DNA of 64,000 bases from Eledone cirrhosa (Eukaryota), in assembly GCA_964016885.1 (NCBI GenBank), contig OZ024763.1, positions 9,920,001 through 9,984,000 on the forward strand, read 5' to 3'. Shown here in pieces: positions 13,327 to 25,761 of this stretch. Position numbers and translations under genes: made by a program. The notes under the pieces are model-generated. The model was not told where the DNA came from, did not search any database, and was given only the letters and a program-made list of their open reading frames with translations. How positions within the stretch are numbered: the stretch's first letter is position 1; each line of letters begins with the position of its first letter.

Positions 13327-13762
13327 CATTATCATCATCATCATTTTACATCCGCTTTTCCCTACTTGCAAGGGTGGGATGGATCTTATTCAGCACAGCA
13401 TCTCTCCACTTGTCACGGTCCTTCGTCATCTCCACCGTGAGCTTCAGCGATCTGAGGTCTGTTCTCACCACCTCCGCCTATGTTTTTCATGGTCTACCTC
13501 TACTACGTCTTCCTTCAACTCGCATTTCCTGGAAAGTCTTTACCCATCGGTCATCCTCCATGCGCATCACATGTCCATACCACCTCAGTCTCCTCTCCCG
13601 TACACTACATTCTATCCCTCTCAGACACAGTTTCTCTCTCAACACATTCATGCTGGGTCGTTCATGCACATCCAACGGAGCATGCTTGCCTCATTTCTCT
13701 CCAGCTGTCACATATCCTCTGCAGTTACTGCTCATGTCTCACTACCATGCAGCATCGAGCTT
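13327..13762 (-). mobile_element. RTE family A 3' fragment, inverted
   Basis: Reverse complement of the family A 3' end. Confidence 0.9.
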
Positions 13763-13888
13763 CTCACACATATGTATATATCTATATATATATATAGAGA
13801 GAGACACTTATATATCTATATATATATATAGAGAGAGACACTTATATATAAACAGATATACATATACACTCACACATATATACATACA

Positions 13889-14652
13889 CTAGCATTAAAG
13901 CCCGGCGTTGCTCGGGGTCAGTAAGTTACCAAAGTTAGGTTGCACCACCCATTTTATGGCAGCACCTTTTTGTCTGCCAGGCACTGGGTGAATAAATTGC
14001 AGACCTGGAAGCAGGAGCTGCGCCAGCAGTGACAATTGTAGTTTCGCCTATGGATATTATCTCTGTGCAAAGAAGTGTTGAAATTTATTGTTTCTCAGTA
14101 CTTGCGCAACACGCGCGTAGACGATGCCAGCCAAACAACAGAGCTGCGATGGAGTTGTTCTGCATGGTTGTCTAATGTGTGTTTTCTAAATTTAAGACAG
14201 TAGGGAGGGGTGTGATAAGGGGGAGAGTTAGCTGCTGTTTCTAGCAGGTTTAGTGACCTCATAGAGGATATGTTTTCTAAATTTAAGACAGTAGGGAGTG
14301 GTGTGATATGGGGGAGAGTTAGCTGCTGTTTCTAGCAAGTTTAGTGACCTCATAGAGGATACGTTTTCTAAATTTAAGACAGTAGGGAGGGGTGTGATAT
14401 GGGGGAGAGTTAGCTACTGTTTCTAGCAGGTTTAGTGACCTCATAGAGGATATTATTGTGTATAGTAAATAAACGGATACTTCTTTCTTCCACGTTCGTT
14501 GAGAGGTTTTAAAAAAGATTTATCGCTATTTTTTTGTTGTTGAATAAATTTATCTGTTGCTTTTGAATAATTGTTGTTTCATATGAAATGTAATAAGTTC
14601 TCTTTGTCATTGAAGTAAATAAATGTTTGACCGTTCCACATTCAAAAACAAA

Positions 14653-14689
<37 letters not shown>

Positions 14690-14981
14690 GCGTTCTTAAA
14701 GGCAGTTTGTAAGCATGTATGTAGTTTTATCGAATTTTAAGGGGAGTAGAGAGAGTAAATCAGATTGTATTAGAGGGGTAAAGCATCATGTATTTAGTTT
14801 TATCGATTATTTCCTTAATTGTGGGTGAATTTGAATGAAATAAATAGTCGTTGACCTAAGTTAGACCATTTACAACATTCTTACAGACTTTGAGTCAAAT
14901 CGGTTTGAAATTGTGCAAATGTATAAACATGGAACATGCACACACACACACACGCAACAACAACAATCTGCCTTTTATAGA
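13889..14981 (-). mobile_element. Non-autonomous Helitron
   Basis: Minus strand A|TC...CCCGAGCAACGCCGGG hairpin..CTAG|T; internal ~90-bp triplication 14180-14452. Confidence 0.7.
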
Positions 14982-15045
14982 TAATGATACACACATATAT
15001 CCTCCATGTAGTTACTATATGCATGTTTGTTTTCTCTATTGAAAG

Positions 15046-15173
15046 GTCGTCGAATGTGGAAAGGACCTCCAGCTTCTGTGAAGACCATAGCTGACAGTAT
15101 AGCCAGACAACAACTTGGTGAGATCACCTGGCCTATAGTACTCAAATATGCTGAAAACGATGTCTTGAGTGTA
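15046..15173 (+). CDS. Serine/aspartate racemase-family (PLP fold II) internal exon
   Basis: tttctctattgaaAG|...|GTaagt; encodes (G)RRMWKGPPASVKTIADSIARQQLGEITWPIVLKYAENDVLSV, matching the serine racemase TIADG...G..TWPI region; upstream exons not located in the window. Confidence 0.85.
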
Positions 15174-16393
15174 GTAAGTATTCAGTCTTATTCTTTCTCA
15201 TTGATTTCAGATTTAGACATATATAGTTAAATAATAAAATAAATTAAAATAAATATAATTATTTCATTCTCTCTACACCCTCACAAATATGTTCCGGACA
15301 ATTATATATGTATATTCCTATAAATAGTCCGATAATAACTTTAATTTATTTTTTCTTATATTCTTTCCTTAAATTTCTTCCACCCTAATGATAACCTCTA
15401 TTTCCTTTTCCTTATCAAAAAATAATCCTAATAATTATGTAAATTTACCTAGCGTCTAAACATAACAATCTTTTTCAATTTTAATGTTATCCTCATTAAC
15501 ATATTCATCTTTTGATTTGAAGTTCTTCTTCACTATTCAAATAGAACTCTCAACATTAAGTTCTAGTCTGGATATGTCACTATCTGTAAACCAACTTTTG
15601 TATTTTATCTGATGGGCGCGTACCAAAATGTTGGTACCCTTGAAATATATATAATAAAATAAATATGGTTTTATAAAGATAGCTTCCATTTATTAATATT
15701 ATTGATATTATACTCCAGAAGAATTTTGTTGAGTGCTTCTAACCTGTTATAAACTAATTTTGTTGAAAATCAACAAATTAAATAACTCATTGCTTATATA
15801 TATATATATGTGTGTGTGTATATATGTGTATGTATATATATATATATATATATAAATATATATATCAACTAGAAATAGATTGACATATATAAATAAACAT
15901 ATGAAACAATCACAGGGAATAATTTGTAAAGAATGTAAGCACACATAGCTAGGTAGGTAACTAATTAAACTAGAACTTCAAATATAGATACCTTTTAAAA
16001 TGATTAATCTCCTTTGTATATATTTCTTTAATTAAGAAATATATTTCACCAATTAATCCGTAAATCACAGTCGTCAAAATCTCGGATGGTCACCAAAGGA
16101 GAAGAAGATAACTATCTGTGTTTACAAGGCAAATGCAAATCTGTGAATGACTCGAACCACGTGTTGCATTTAAAAAAAATACACACATTGCAGAACGTCA
16201 TCCCAGTGGCGTGAATAGGACCATCGACAGCCAGAAATAGCAGCCGAGTCTATTCAACTGAATTAGCTGAACAATCAAGGGGCCGTATATATATCCAAAA
16301 TTAAAATTAAGGGTTGTCATGTCTGAGAGACATGCAATACAGTGGATATAGCGCATGTCTCTCAGACATGACAACCCTTAATTTTAATTTTGA

Positions 16394-16433
<40 letters not shown>

Positions 16434-16448
16434 ATATATGTGTGTGTG

Positions 16449-16503
<55 letters not shown>

Positions 16504-17018
16504 GTATATATGTGTGTGTATTTATATATATATAAATGAAAATAGAGAAATTAATGTGAGCAAGAAGTCAACAGTAATTCATACATATAAGTGACTATTA
16601 CGTCAAGATGGAAAATATTTAACGTAAGATATGGGAAAATAATTCAATCCCAATTCAAAAAAAAGTCAAGACAGAAATTTTATCCACAGATTTTGTGTAA
16701 TCCAGGGAAAACACCAATAGAATCTTAACTTAGAATAAATACTTATCCTTCAATTTGGAAAAATCTACAAATGCTCTATATAGTATTAAAAAGACTATTT
16801 CACAAAACTTCTCAGTGGGGTTAGTCACGGTTGACATCGTTCATCAGTAGAGCTCAACACGATAACCAAATTCCACGGCCAGAATATGCCAGAAGGGAAT
16901 TTAAAAGCAGGCTAGTTACACCTCGTGTGGAATTAAGATAATAAACACACATGGAGAACAGGGCTAGTGACGTCAGAATGAGACGAATGACTGTTTACAA
17001 GAAACAGCAATATATATA

Positions 17019-17316
17019 TGGAGGCACATGGCTTAGTGGTTAGAGCATTGGCCTTGCAATCAAAAGGTTGTGAGTTCAATTCTCAGACCAGGTGATGTGT
17101 TGTTTCCTTGAGCAAGACACTTTATTTTACATTGCTCCAGTTTACTCAGCTGTAGAAATGAGATGATAGGACTGGGGTCCCTATCATTCCACTGCAAAGT
17201 GGTTGTGGAGGTGCCACGGCAAAAAAGCACCCAGCACTCACTGTAAATGAGGTTGGTGTTAGGAAAGGCATCCAGCTGTAGAAATCAAGCCAGAATCAGT
17301 TCCCGTCCCACCCTTG
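17019..17316 (+). mobile_element. tRNA-derived SINE with RTE tail (copies: 11695-12025(-), 19197-19515, 34959-35288, 36855-37233(-), 41820-42147, 44881-44963 partial, 54479-54812, 59834-60133)
   Basis: A box TGGCTTAGTGG, B box GAGTTCAATTC; complete copies end with the LINE family A 3' tail. Confidence 0.9.
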
Positions 17317-17389
17317 TTATTTTCATCTCAAGACATTTTTTCCAATTCCACCCAACTCGTCCCTTCAATCTATCTTATTTCTCATTCTT

Positions 17390-17425
17390 TCTTCTGATGA
17401 AGGATTAGCGTCCGAAACAGTAAGA
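17390..17425 (+). ncRNA. Minimal type-I hammerhead-like motif in a dispersed ~190-bp repeat (copies at 12206, 18010, 27090(-), 49003(-))
   Basis: CTGATGA-A-GGA(loop)TCC-GAAAC; each copy deviates from the consensus. Confidence 0.55.
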
Positions 17426-17519
17426 CCCTCTTCCTGCTATTTCAAGCGCTAACCTAATATATTCTTCCATATGCTGTACCGATTGTGTTGTTATTTCTGT
17501 TTACCTTTTACATATATAT

Positions 17520-17985
17520 ATCATCATCATCATCATTTTACGTCTGCTTTTCCCTGCTTGCAAGGGTGGAACGGGTCTTATTCAGCACAGCATCTCTCCA
17601 TTTGTCACGGTCCTTCGTCATCTCCTCCGTGAGCTTGTTTTTCGTGGTCTTCCTCTACTGTGACTTTCTTCCACTGGGATTTCTTGGCACTTCTATACCC
17701 AGCAGTCATATCTTCCCGTGTCATCCTCCATGTACATCACATGTCCATACCACCTCAGTCTCCTCTCTCGCACACCACAACTTATCCCTCTTATACCCAG
17801 TTTCTCTCTCAACACATCCATGCTTGGTCGTTCACACACATTGACACTGCACATCCAATGGAGCATGCTTGCTTCATTTCTCTCCATCCATCACATATCC
17901 TCACACAGGCATCATATAACCGGCCTTTCGTATGCTGGGAGAAACCCTTCTTCGTCAGCAGAGGAAGCAGCTCCCTAAACTTCTA
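17520..17985 (-). mobile_element. RTE family A 3' fragment
   Basis: ERNEASMLHWMC..RLRWYGHV on the minus strand. Confidence 0.88.
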
Positions 17986-18149
17986 TTTCTTCTTTAATTT
18001 CTCATTCTTTCTGCTGATGAAGGACTAGCATCCGAAACTTTAAGACTCTTTTCCTGCTATATCAAGTGTAAAGCTAATAATATATTTCTTTATTGTACTG
18101 TGTCATTTGATTTGTTATTTCTGTTTGCCTTTTACATACATATCTATAC

Positions 18150-18215
<66 letters not shown>

Positions 18216-18256
18216 TCATATATACACCAATATAATAAATATGTCTATATTTTCAG

Positions 18257-18307
18257 ACAGATAAAGAAATTATTGATGGAATGAAGTTTGCTTTTCAAAC
18301 TTTGAAG
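18257..18307 (+). CDS. Serine/aspartate racemase-family exon
   Basis: tttcAG|...|GTaagt, phase 0-0; TDKEIIDGMKFAFQTLK corresponds to SRR TEDEIK...ERMK. Confidence 0.85.
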
Positions 18308-19165
18308 GTAAGTACATTATATGTTTGAGAGGGTAGATGTTTATGTGTATCATCATCATCATTGTTTAATGTCCATCTTCCACGCTTGCATGGGTTTGGA
18401 TATATATATATACAGAAGACAAAAAAAAAATCACATAGTCCACGCTGTAATGTGGTTGGTGTTAGGAAGGGCATCCAGCCGTAGAAAACCTGCCAGATAA
18501 TCCTATATGAGCGAGACACGGTCACCCGACCAGTCTTGCCTCAAGTGGGACAACTCCCGTCTAACCCATGCTAACGTGGAAGATGGACGTTAAACGATGA
18601 TGATGATGTTGATGACGATATATATATATATGCAGGATATCCGCAGATAAAAGGTCAACGGAAACGATGCGCAATATATTACAAAAGAGCTTATTTAGTA
18701 TATTTGATATTTCATAATTTTAACATGTATGAAACCTTAGGTTTTGGTTCCAGTTTTGAAACGGCTCCTTGGCTATACAGTGGTGGCCATAACCGGACCC
18801 CGAAACCTAAGGTTTACATACATGTTAAGTGTATGAAATATAAAATATATTCCCTTGCTGGTAGGGGAAGCGGACATTAAAACAACAATATATATATATT
18901 ACCATTATCATTATCACCATTTAACGTCTATTTTTTCACGCTTGCATGAGTTAGGCGGGTCATCCACATTATGAGACAAGTTTGGCCAGTGGGCCACACC
19001 ATACCTTGCTCAAACGGAACAGTAATTTGGCAGGATTCTTTTACAGCTGGCTGGATGCCCTTCCTAACACCAACCATGTTTACAGTTTGGGACTGAATAA
19101 ACCTGTTATAAGGCAAGTCTAGCCAGTTGGCCACATCGTACCTTCCTTATAGCGAGGCCATGTTT

Positions 19166-19201
<36 letters not shown>

Positions 19202-20372
19202 CATGGCTTAGTGGTTAGAGCATTGGCCTTGCAATCGAAAGGTTGTGAGTTCAATTCTCGGACCGGGTGATGTGTTGTTTCCTTGAGCAAGACACTTTAT
19301 TTTACATTGCTCCAGTTTACTCAGCTGTAGAAATGAGATGATAGCAAAGAGGTCGCGGAGGGGCCATGGCCACAATGCACCCAGCACTCACTGTCAATGA
19401 GGTTGGTGTTAGGAAGGGCATCCAGCTGTAGAAATCAAACCAGAATCAGTTTCCGTCCCACCCTTGCAAGCAGGGAAAAGTGGACGTAAAATGATGATGA
19501 TGATGATGATGATGATATATATATATATTATATATATATATCATAAGGCAGTGGATTGGCAGTATCGGTAGAGGGTCGGATGCCATGCTTTGACGCATAG
19601 AGTTACGGCCCTTTCCATTCTGAGTTCAAATCCCGCCGAGGTTAACTTTGCCTTTCATCCTTACGGGGTCGATAAAATAAAGTACCAGTAATGCACTGGG
19701 TAATTGCTGGCCTTGTGCTAAAAGTAGAAACAATTATATATTTATATCATATATATATATATTAAAAACAACAGAAGGCTAGATTGGAAATTTACTTTAG
19801 AATTTTAATTCTGCGAAAACACTATACATATTTCAATAGCCCAGTTTCATCATCTTATCATGATGCAAGACTTGGGCAATTTCCAATCGATCCAGCTGGA
19901 TCCCTAAGTGGTACCAGCCAAGCTCATGGATGTTATCCAGCCATCTTGCTTGTTGTCTACACCTGGTCCTCTTATTGGTTGGTTTTGCTTAAAAAATTTG
20001 TCCAGTGATTCTTTCCTTAGATGTTTTAAGCACTGTTATCTCTGAATTTAGAGAAGTAACAGCTCTACCTTGAGTAGCTTCCAGATCTCTGAGCGACGCA
20101 CCCTATCAAGTAACATTACTCCAAAAACACTTCAGAGGAACTTGTATTTACGATTGTATTCTTTTGGTTCCCTTTTAATCTTATATTATACCCATATAAA
20201 CAAACAAAACAACAGAGACAAATCATCTTCATCACTGTTTTACGTTCATTCTTCCACGCTAGCATCGGTTAGACGGGTTGTCCTGTTGTAGGCAGTACCC
20301 GTCTTCCATGTGTCATGGAAGTGATCAACGAGATGTTTGGAATCAAAATGTACAAATGGAAATGGGTATGGT

Positions 20373-20578
20373 TTAACCCTTTAGTATTTAAATCAGCCAT
20401 ATATGGCCAGAATTCTCTCACCTCATTCTGTTCAAACCGGCCATAACCGGCAATAACATTAAGGTATTTTTCTCAAAATAAATAATATCAAAATCTCATA
20501 GATTCTATATTATGTGAGATAAAGTTTACTGTAAAAATATAATAGTATATATAGAGTAATATAAATGTTAACGGGTTA
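20373..20578. mobile_element. TTAA-flanked piggyBac-like MITE (related 53553-53757, 27170-27285)
   Basis: ttaaCCCTTTAG...TAACGGGttaa termini. Confidence 0.65.
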
Positions 20579-20655
20579 AAGGGGCTTCGACATGGTTCCT
20601 CACTCTGCTAAAAGTAGCACCCAAACATTACACACGTTTGATTTGTGTTCTCTAG

Positions 20656-20823
20656 GTTGTTATTGAGTCTGCCTCTGCAACTGGTCTCACCGCTCTTTTA
20701 ACACACAAGTTCCAAAGCCTGCATACACCTGCACAGAAAGTTGGAGTGATTCTCTGTGGCGGCAACGTTGATTTGGATCTGTTACCATGGCAACAGAAGC
20801 TGTCGCCAAATAAGGAAGTCTGA
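20656..20823 (+). CDS. Serine/aspartate racemase-family last coding exon
   Basis: ctctAG| VVIESASATGLTALLTHKFQSLHTPAQKVGVILCGGNVDLDLLPWQQKLSPNKEV*; GGNVDL C-terminal motif. Confidence 0.9.
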   Translation, partial: VVIESASATGLTALLTHKFQSLHTPAQKVGVILCGGNVDLDLLPWQQKLSPNKEV

Positions 20824-21148
20824 CAGGTAAGTGTATATATATTACAAATGTACTGTTACATATATATATATATATTTTTTAATGAAATAAACAATATTTA
20901 TTATAATTGTTAAACAACATTTAACAATTATTCCATTTACCAAAGGTTTCACAAAGACAGACGAGTCCAACAGAGACATCTGAAATCGCTCATCAGAATG
21001 AACATTTAATATGGACGTAAGATATGAATTTAAAAAGAAAGGCTAATATAATTGAAAGCTAGGCTGATATATAATAAAATACAGATAAGAAATAAAATAA
21101 CGGAAAATATACACATTGAAGTGGAACGTAAGGTTATGGGGAAAAATT

Positions 21149-21216
<68 letters not shown>

Positions 21217-21446
21217 TGAAATCGAAAATGCAACTGGAGTCTTATTTTTAAAAAAATATATATATTTATTTGGTTCCTTTACCGGTTTTGCAGTTCTTCT
21301 GCTTTTCAAAAGTAGAGTTGAGATGGAGGGTCTGTGGTTTTTCTCACATCTCAATAAGCACTCAATAAGGTATATTACCTTAGAGTTATAACATACTGTA
21401 CATTTTGTTGTTGTTGTTTCTGTTTACCTTTTACATATATATATAT

Positions 21447-24038
21447 GTAAACAAACAACCACAATGACAGAGGACGGAGACGTCGTTATGCTAGCAGGGG
21501 ACTTCAATGGTCATGTTGGACAGCTCCAGGATGGTTACACTGGGGTACATGGTGGGCACGGTTACAGCTCAAGAAATGAAGGAGTGAGACTTCTTGAATT
21601 TTGTGATGCAAGTACACTGACTATTTGCAGCACAAACTTCCAGAAACCTGCCAACCACCTAATAACCTACAAATCTGGCGAGCACATAAACCAGATCGAC
21701 TTCTTACTAGTTAGACAGCGAGACAGACAGATGGTGTCTAATACCAAGGCATACCCTGGGGAAGAATGTACCCCACAGCATAGGTCAGTCGTTAGTGATA
21801 TCTCAGTAAACAAGAGAAAGAATGAGACATACAGGAAGGTGTGGAGACGAAAGGTCTGGAAGCTAAAAGACCTTTCACTAAAATACAAATTTAGGAAAGC
21901 CCTTCAAGATGTGTATGACGAAAAAGAAGACGATTTAGAGACGTATGACATAAATAATAACTGGAATTTCTTACGTGACAACTTACTGCAGGCTACTGAT
22001 GAAACTTGTGGCTGGAGCAGAGCTCCAACCAGACAGAGAGTGACCTGGTGGTGGAACAGCACGGTAGATAGGGCCATTAGAGACAAAAGACTGGCATGGA
22101 AAGCTTGGAAAAAGGGTGGGAGTAAGGAAGGATATATAGCCACTAAGAGATATAGAGAATGATATACAGCCACTAAGAGAGAAGCTAGACGTCGGGTGTA
22201 CTTAGCACGCAAGGAGGCTGAGAGTAGGAGGTTTGCCAATATTCTGCGACGGGAAGATCAGAGACGTGCGGTGTTCCACATTGCAAATCAGGATGTTGTT
22301 GGAGATAAATGTGTCCGGAATGATGCCGGTGTACTTAGTGTCACGAATGATCAGAAAAAGGAGGCCTGGAAATGTCATTGTGAGAGACTGATGAATGTGG
22401 AGAACAAATGGGAGAGAGAGAAATTACCCTCAGTAGATCCAACAGAGGGACCAGCTATTGAGATTGACGAATATAGGGTCCAAGAGGCAATTAAGGAAAT
22501 GAAAAATGGTAAGGCTGCTGTACCATCGGGGATAGTTGCTGAGATGCTGAAGGCATCAGGGGACGTAGGCACTAAACTGGTTGCACGCATCATCAATCAG
22601 GCTATATATGGTGGTGTCATACCCAAAGACTGGTGCAGCAGTATTCTCATAAATTGCTACAAAGGTAAAGGGGATGCTCTAGAGAGGAGCAATTATAGGG
22701 GTATAAAACTGATGGATCAGGTTATGAAAGTGGCAGAAAGGATATTATCACAACTAATTAGAGAAAGGGTCAAACTAGATGAGATGCAGTTTGGTTTTGT
22801 GCCTGGGAAGAGTACAACAGATGCCCTCATCTAGGTGAGACAATTGCAAGAGAGGTTCTTAGAGAAAAATAAGCCACTATACTTAACCTTTGTTGACCTG
22901 GAGAAGGCCTTTGATAGGGTACCACGATCTGTCATCTGGTGGTCCCTAAGGAAACTAGATGTTGAGGATTGGCTTGTGAGGACAGTGCAAACTTTGAACA
23001 GAGGTACTGTCAGTAAAGTCAGGGTAGGAATGGAGTTTAGTGAGGAATTCCAGATACAAGTAGGAGTACATCAAGGTTTGGTCCTCAGCCCGCTCTTGTT
23101 CATTATAGTCCTCCAAGCCATAACAGAGGAGTTTAAGACTGGCTGTCCATGGGAGTGAACCTAGCTAAGATAAAAGTGTTGATGAGTAGAAAAGAGGACA
23201 AAACTCTGATTTTGTCAGGGCAATGGCCATGTTCGATATGCAGAAAGGAACTGGCATAAATTCTATAAAATGCACACAATGCAGATCCTGGGTACACAAG
23301 AGATGTAGCGGGATAGCAGGCAAACTAACAGGTAGGGAGAAATATGTATGCAGTAGATGTACAGGGAAATTAGACAGTAGAAGTCGCATTGATAGACACA
23401 TTTTTCAAATGCAGGCGGGTGCTATAGAAGTGCTGGATAGCTTCCGGTACCTAGGAGATCAGATTAGCATGGGAGGGGGGTGTTCCGAGGCCATAGTATC
23501 TAGAATAAGGATAGTTTGGAAGAAGTTTAGGGAGCTGCTGACGAAGAAGGGTTTCTCCCTGCGTACGAAAGGCCGGTTATATGATGCCTGTGTGAGGAGC
23601 GCGATGCTGCATGGTAGTGAGACATGGGCAGCAACTGCAGAGGATATGCGATGGCTGGAGAGAAATGAGGCAAGCATGCTCCGTTGGATGTGCAATGTCA
23701 ATGTGCGTGAACGACCCAGCATGAATGTGTTGAGAGAGAAACTGTGTCTGAGAGGGATAAATTGTAGTGTGCGAGAGAGGAGACTGCGGTGGTATGGACA
23801 TGTGATGCGCATGGAGGATGACCGATGGGTGAAGAAGTGCCAGGAAATGCCAGTTGAAGGAAGACTTGGTAGAGGTAGACCACAAAAAACATGGGCGGAG
23901 GTGGTGAGAACAGACCTCAGATCACTGAAGCTCGCGGTGGAGATGACGAAAGACCGTGACAAGTGGAGAGATGCTGTGCTGAATAAGATCCGTCCCACCC
24001 TTGCGAGCAGGGAAGAGCGGACGTAAAATGATGATGAT
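21447..24038 (+). mobile_element. RTE-clade LINE family A, longer copy with YADD deletion
   Basis: GDFNGH APE motif, RT, same 3' tail; frameshifts, TAG at 22832. Confidence 0.95.
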
Positions 24039-25038
24039 ATATATATATATACACACACACACGTGTGTGTATTTCTATGTATTCAACAAAATGTGATCAA
24101 TAAAATAAGTACCAGATTTGAAATAAATAAGTACATGGCCACTGCCTAATGACTGAAACCAGTTAAAGAAAGAAAGAAATGTAGAAAAAAAAAAGAAAAA
24201 CACAAATCAGCTTTTAATACTTTTTTTATTATCAAAATTTTGATTGAGACAGAAATAAAATAAAAATTAAAAAAAGAACAGAGAGACAAATTTATCAACA
24301 ACCAATAATAAATAAATATATATTTCTATTTTTATTGCTTAGTCAGGGAGAGAAGGGCAGTGCCCAGGCCCTATTTACAGGGCTTCCAAGACTAATGGCA
24401 GGGTGTGGGAATGGAGATGGGAAGACAACTATTCTCAAACTGGAGACCTGGCACACATCCAACAGATAGACAGGTAAATAGATATTATAATGATTACTTT
24501 CATACTGGTGTAAGTTGGACGGGTCTTCATGGCCCAAGATCTGGATGATGGCGTTAAACTAGGTAATGGATTAGCCCCTTTGTGACCCTCTTTCTAATGT
24601 AATATTTCAATTAATATAGAATTTTGAGGGATTTATTAAAATTATTAATTATTTTATTAATAATATTCTAACCTAACATATGGTTCTTATATAAAATTAT
24701 ATTGGCAGATTTTAATTTAAATAGGAACTCTTTAAAATGGGTGGATTTGTTTCATAGAACGGGATCTGATTTTGGCCAAAATGGTCTCAAAAAGGCCAAT
24801 GAAGAATTTTAAGGAATTTACTAAAATTATTCATTATTTCATGACTGATTGTAACTTAACATGTGGTTCTTATATAAAATTATGATGGAAGATTTTTACT
24901 TTAAATAAGAACCCCGTAAAATGGGTAGATTTGTTTCATAGAAGCAGATCTGGTTTTGTAGGTTTGTATAAAAAGGGTTAAATCCACCATCAAACTAAGC
25001 CCAAGTAGGAGTTGACCTGAAAAGGTGAGGAGTCAGAA

Positions 25039-25166
25039 TAATGACCACACATTTCCACCAATCTACTGCCTGTACTCAACTAATGACCACACATTTCCAC
25101 CAATCTACTGCCTGTACTCAACTAATGACCATACATTTCCACCAATCTACTGCCTGTACTCAACTA
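25039..25166. repeat. 42-bp tandem repeat x3
   Basis: taatgaccacacatttccaccaatctactgcctgtactcaac. Confidence 0.9.
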
Positions 25167-25600
25167 AAACTTTATCAACACTACTGAATCATTTAAAAGT
25201 AAAGTTGACCATGGTGTGCTTTCAGTGCAGAAGGTTTTGATCAAATTAATTTAGTTTTTAAAATATTATTAATATTTGAAATGTGGGGGTCTAAACGTAG
25301 AAAATAACTGTAACAACAGTCAATCACTATAAATAAGCTTTAGAAAATCAGTTAAAGCACCCATGGGGACATTGTCAGTCACCCCTTAACACTGGCTGGT
25401 ATTCAAGAGGGAGATCAATTCTCCATAGCAGTTGCTGCCACTTTTTTCCGTCTTTAAGGGTATTTTTCTCAAGCTATTATTTACAGCTATCAACTGTTCT
25501 TACAGTAATTTCCTGCACTGGATTCCAGATTTCAAATCACCCAAGCACTGTGATATTATCTCTTCGATATTTTTAAAGCAAAAAAAATAATTTTGTTTAT

Positions 25601-25761
25601 TTACATTGTTTCATGTCCTTTTCCTAGGACCCACCCTTCTTCATCTATTTCAAAGGTGGAAAAATCATCTGGTTTCATTTTGGAGGGCAAAAGTGACATA
25701 TCTATATCTTTTAAACACACACTGGCTAAGTTTTGATTCTTGTGAAGACAGTTTGACTGAT
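25601..25761 (-). CDS. FHA-domain protein probable terminal exon
   Basis: atttacAG|(N)QSNCLHKNQ...FSTFEIDEEGWVLGKGHETM*; phase 1 compatible; intervening exons may have been missed. Confidence 0.5.

Noticed and set aside
17019-17095. tRNA gene
   Set aside because: SINE head: no complete acceptor stem and it continues into the repeat body
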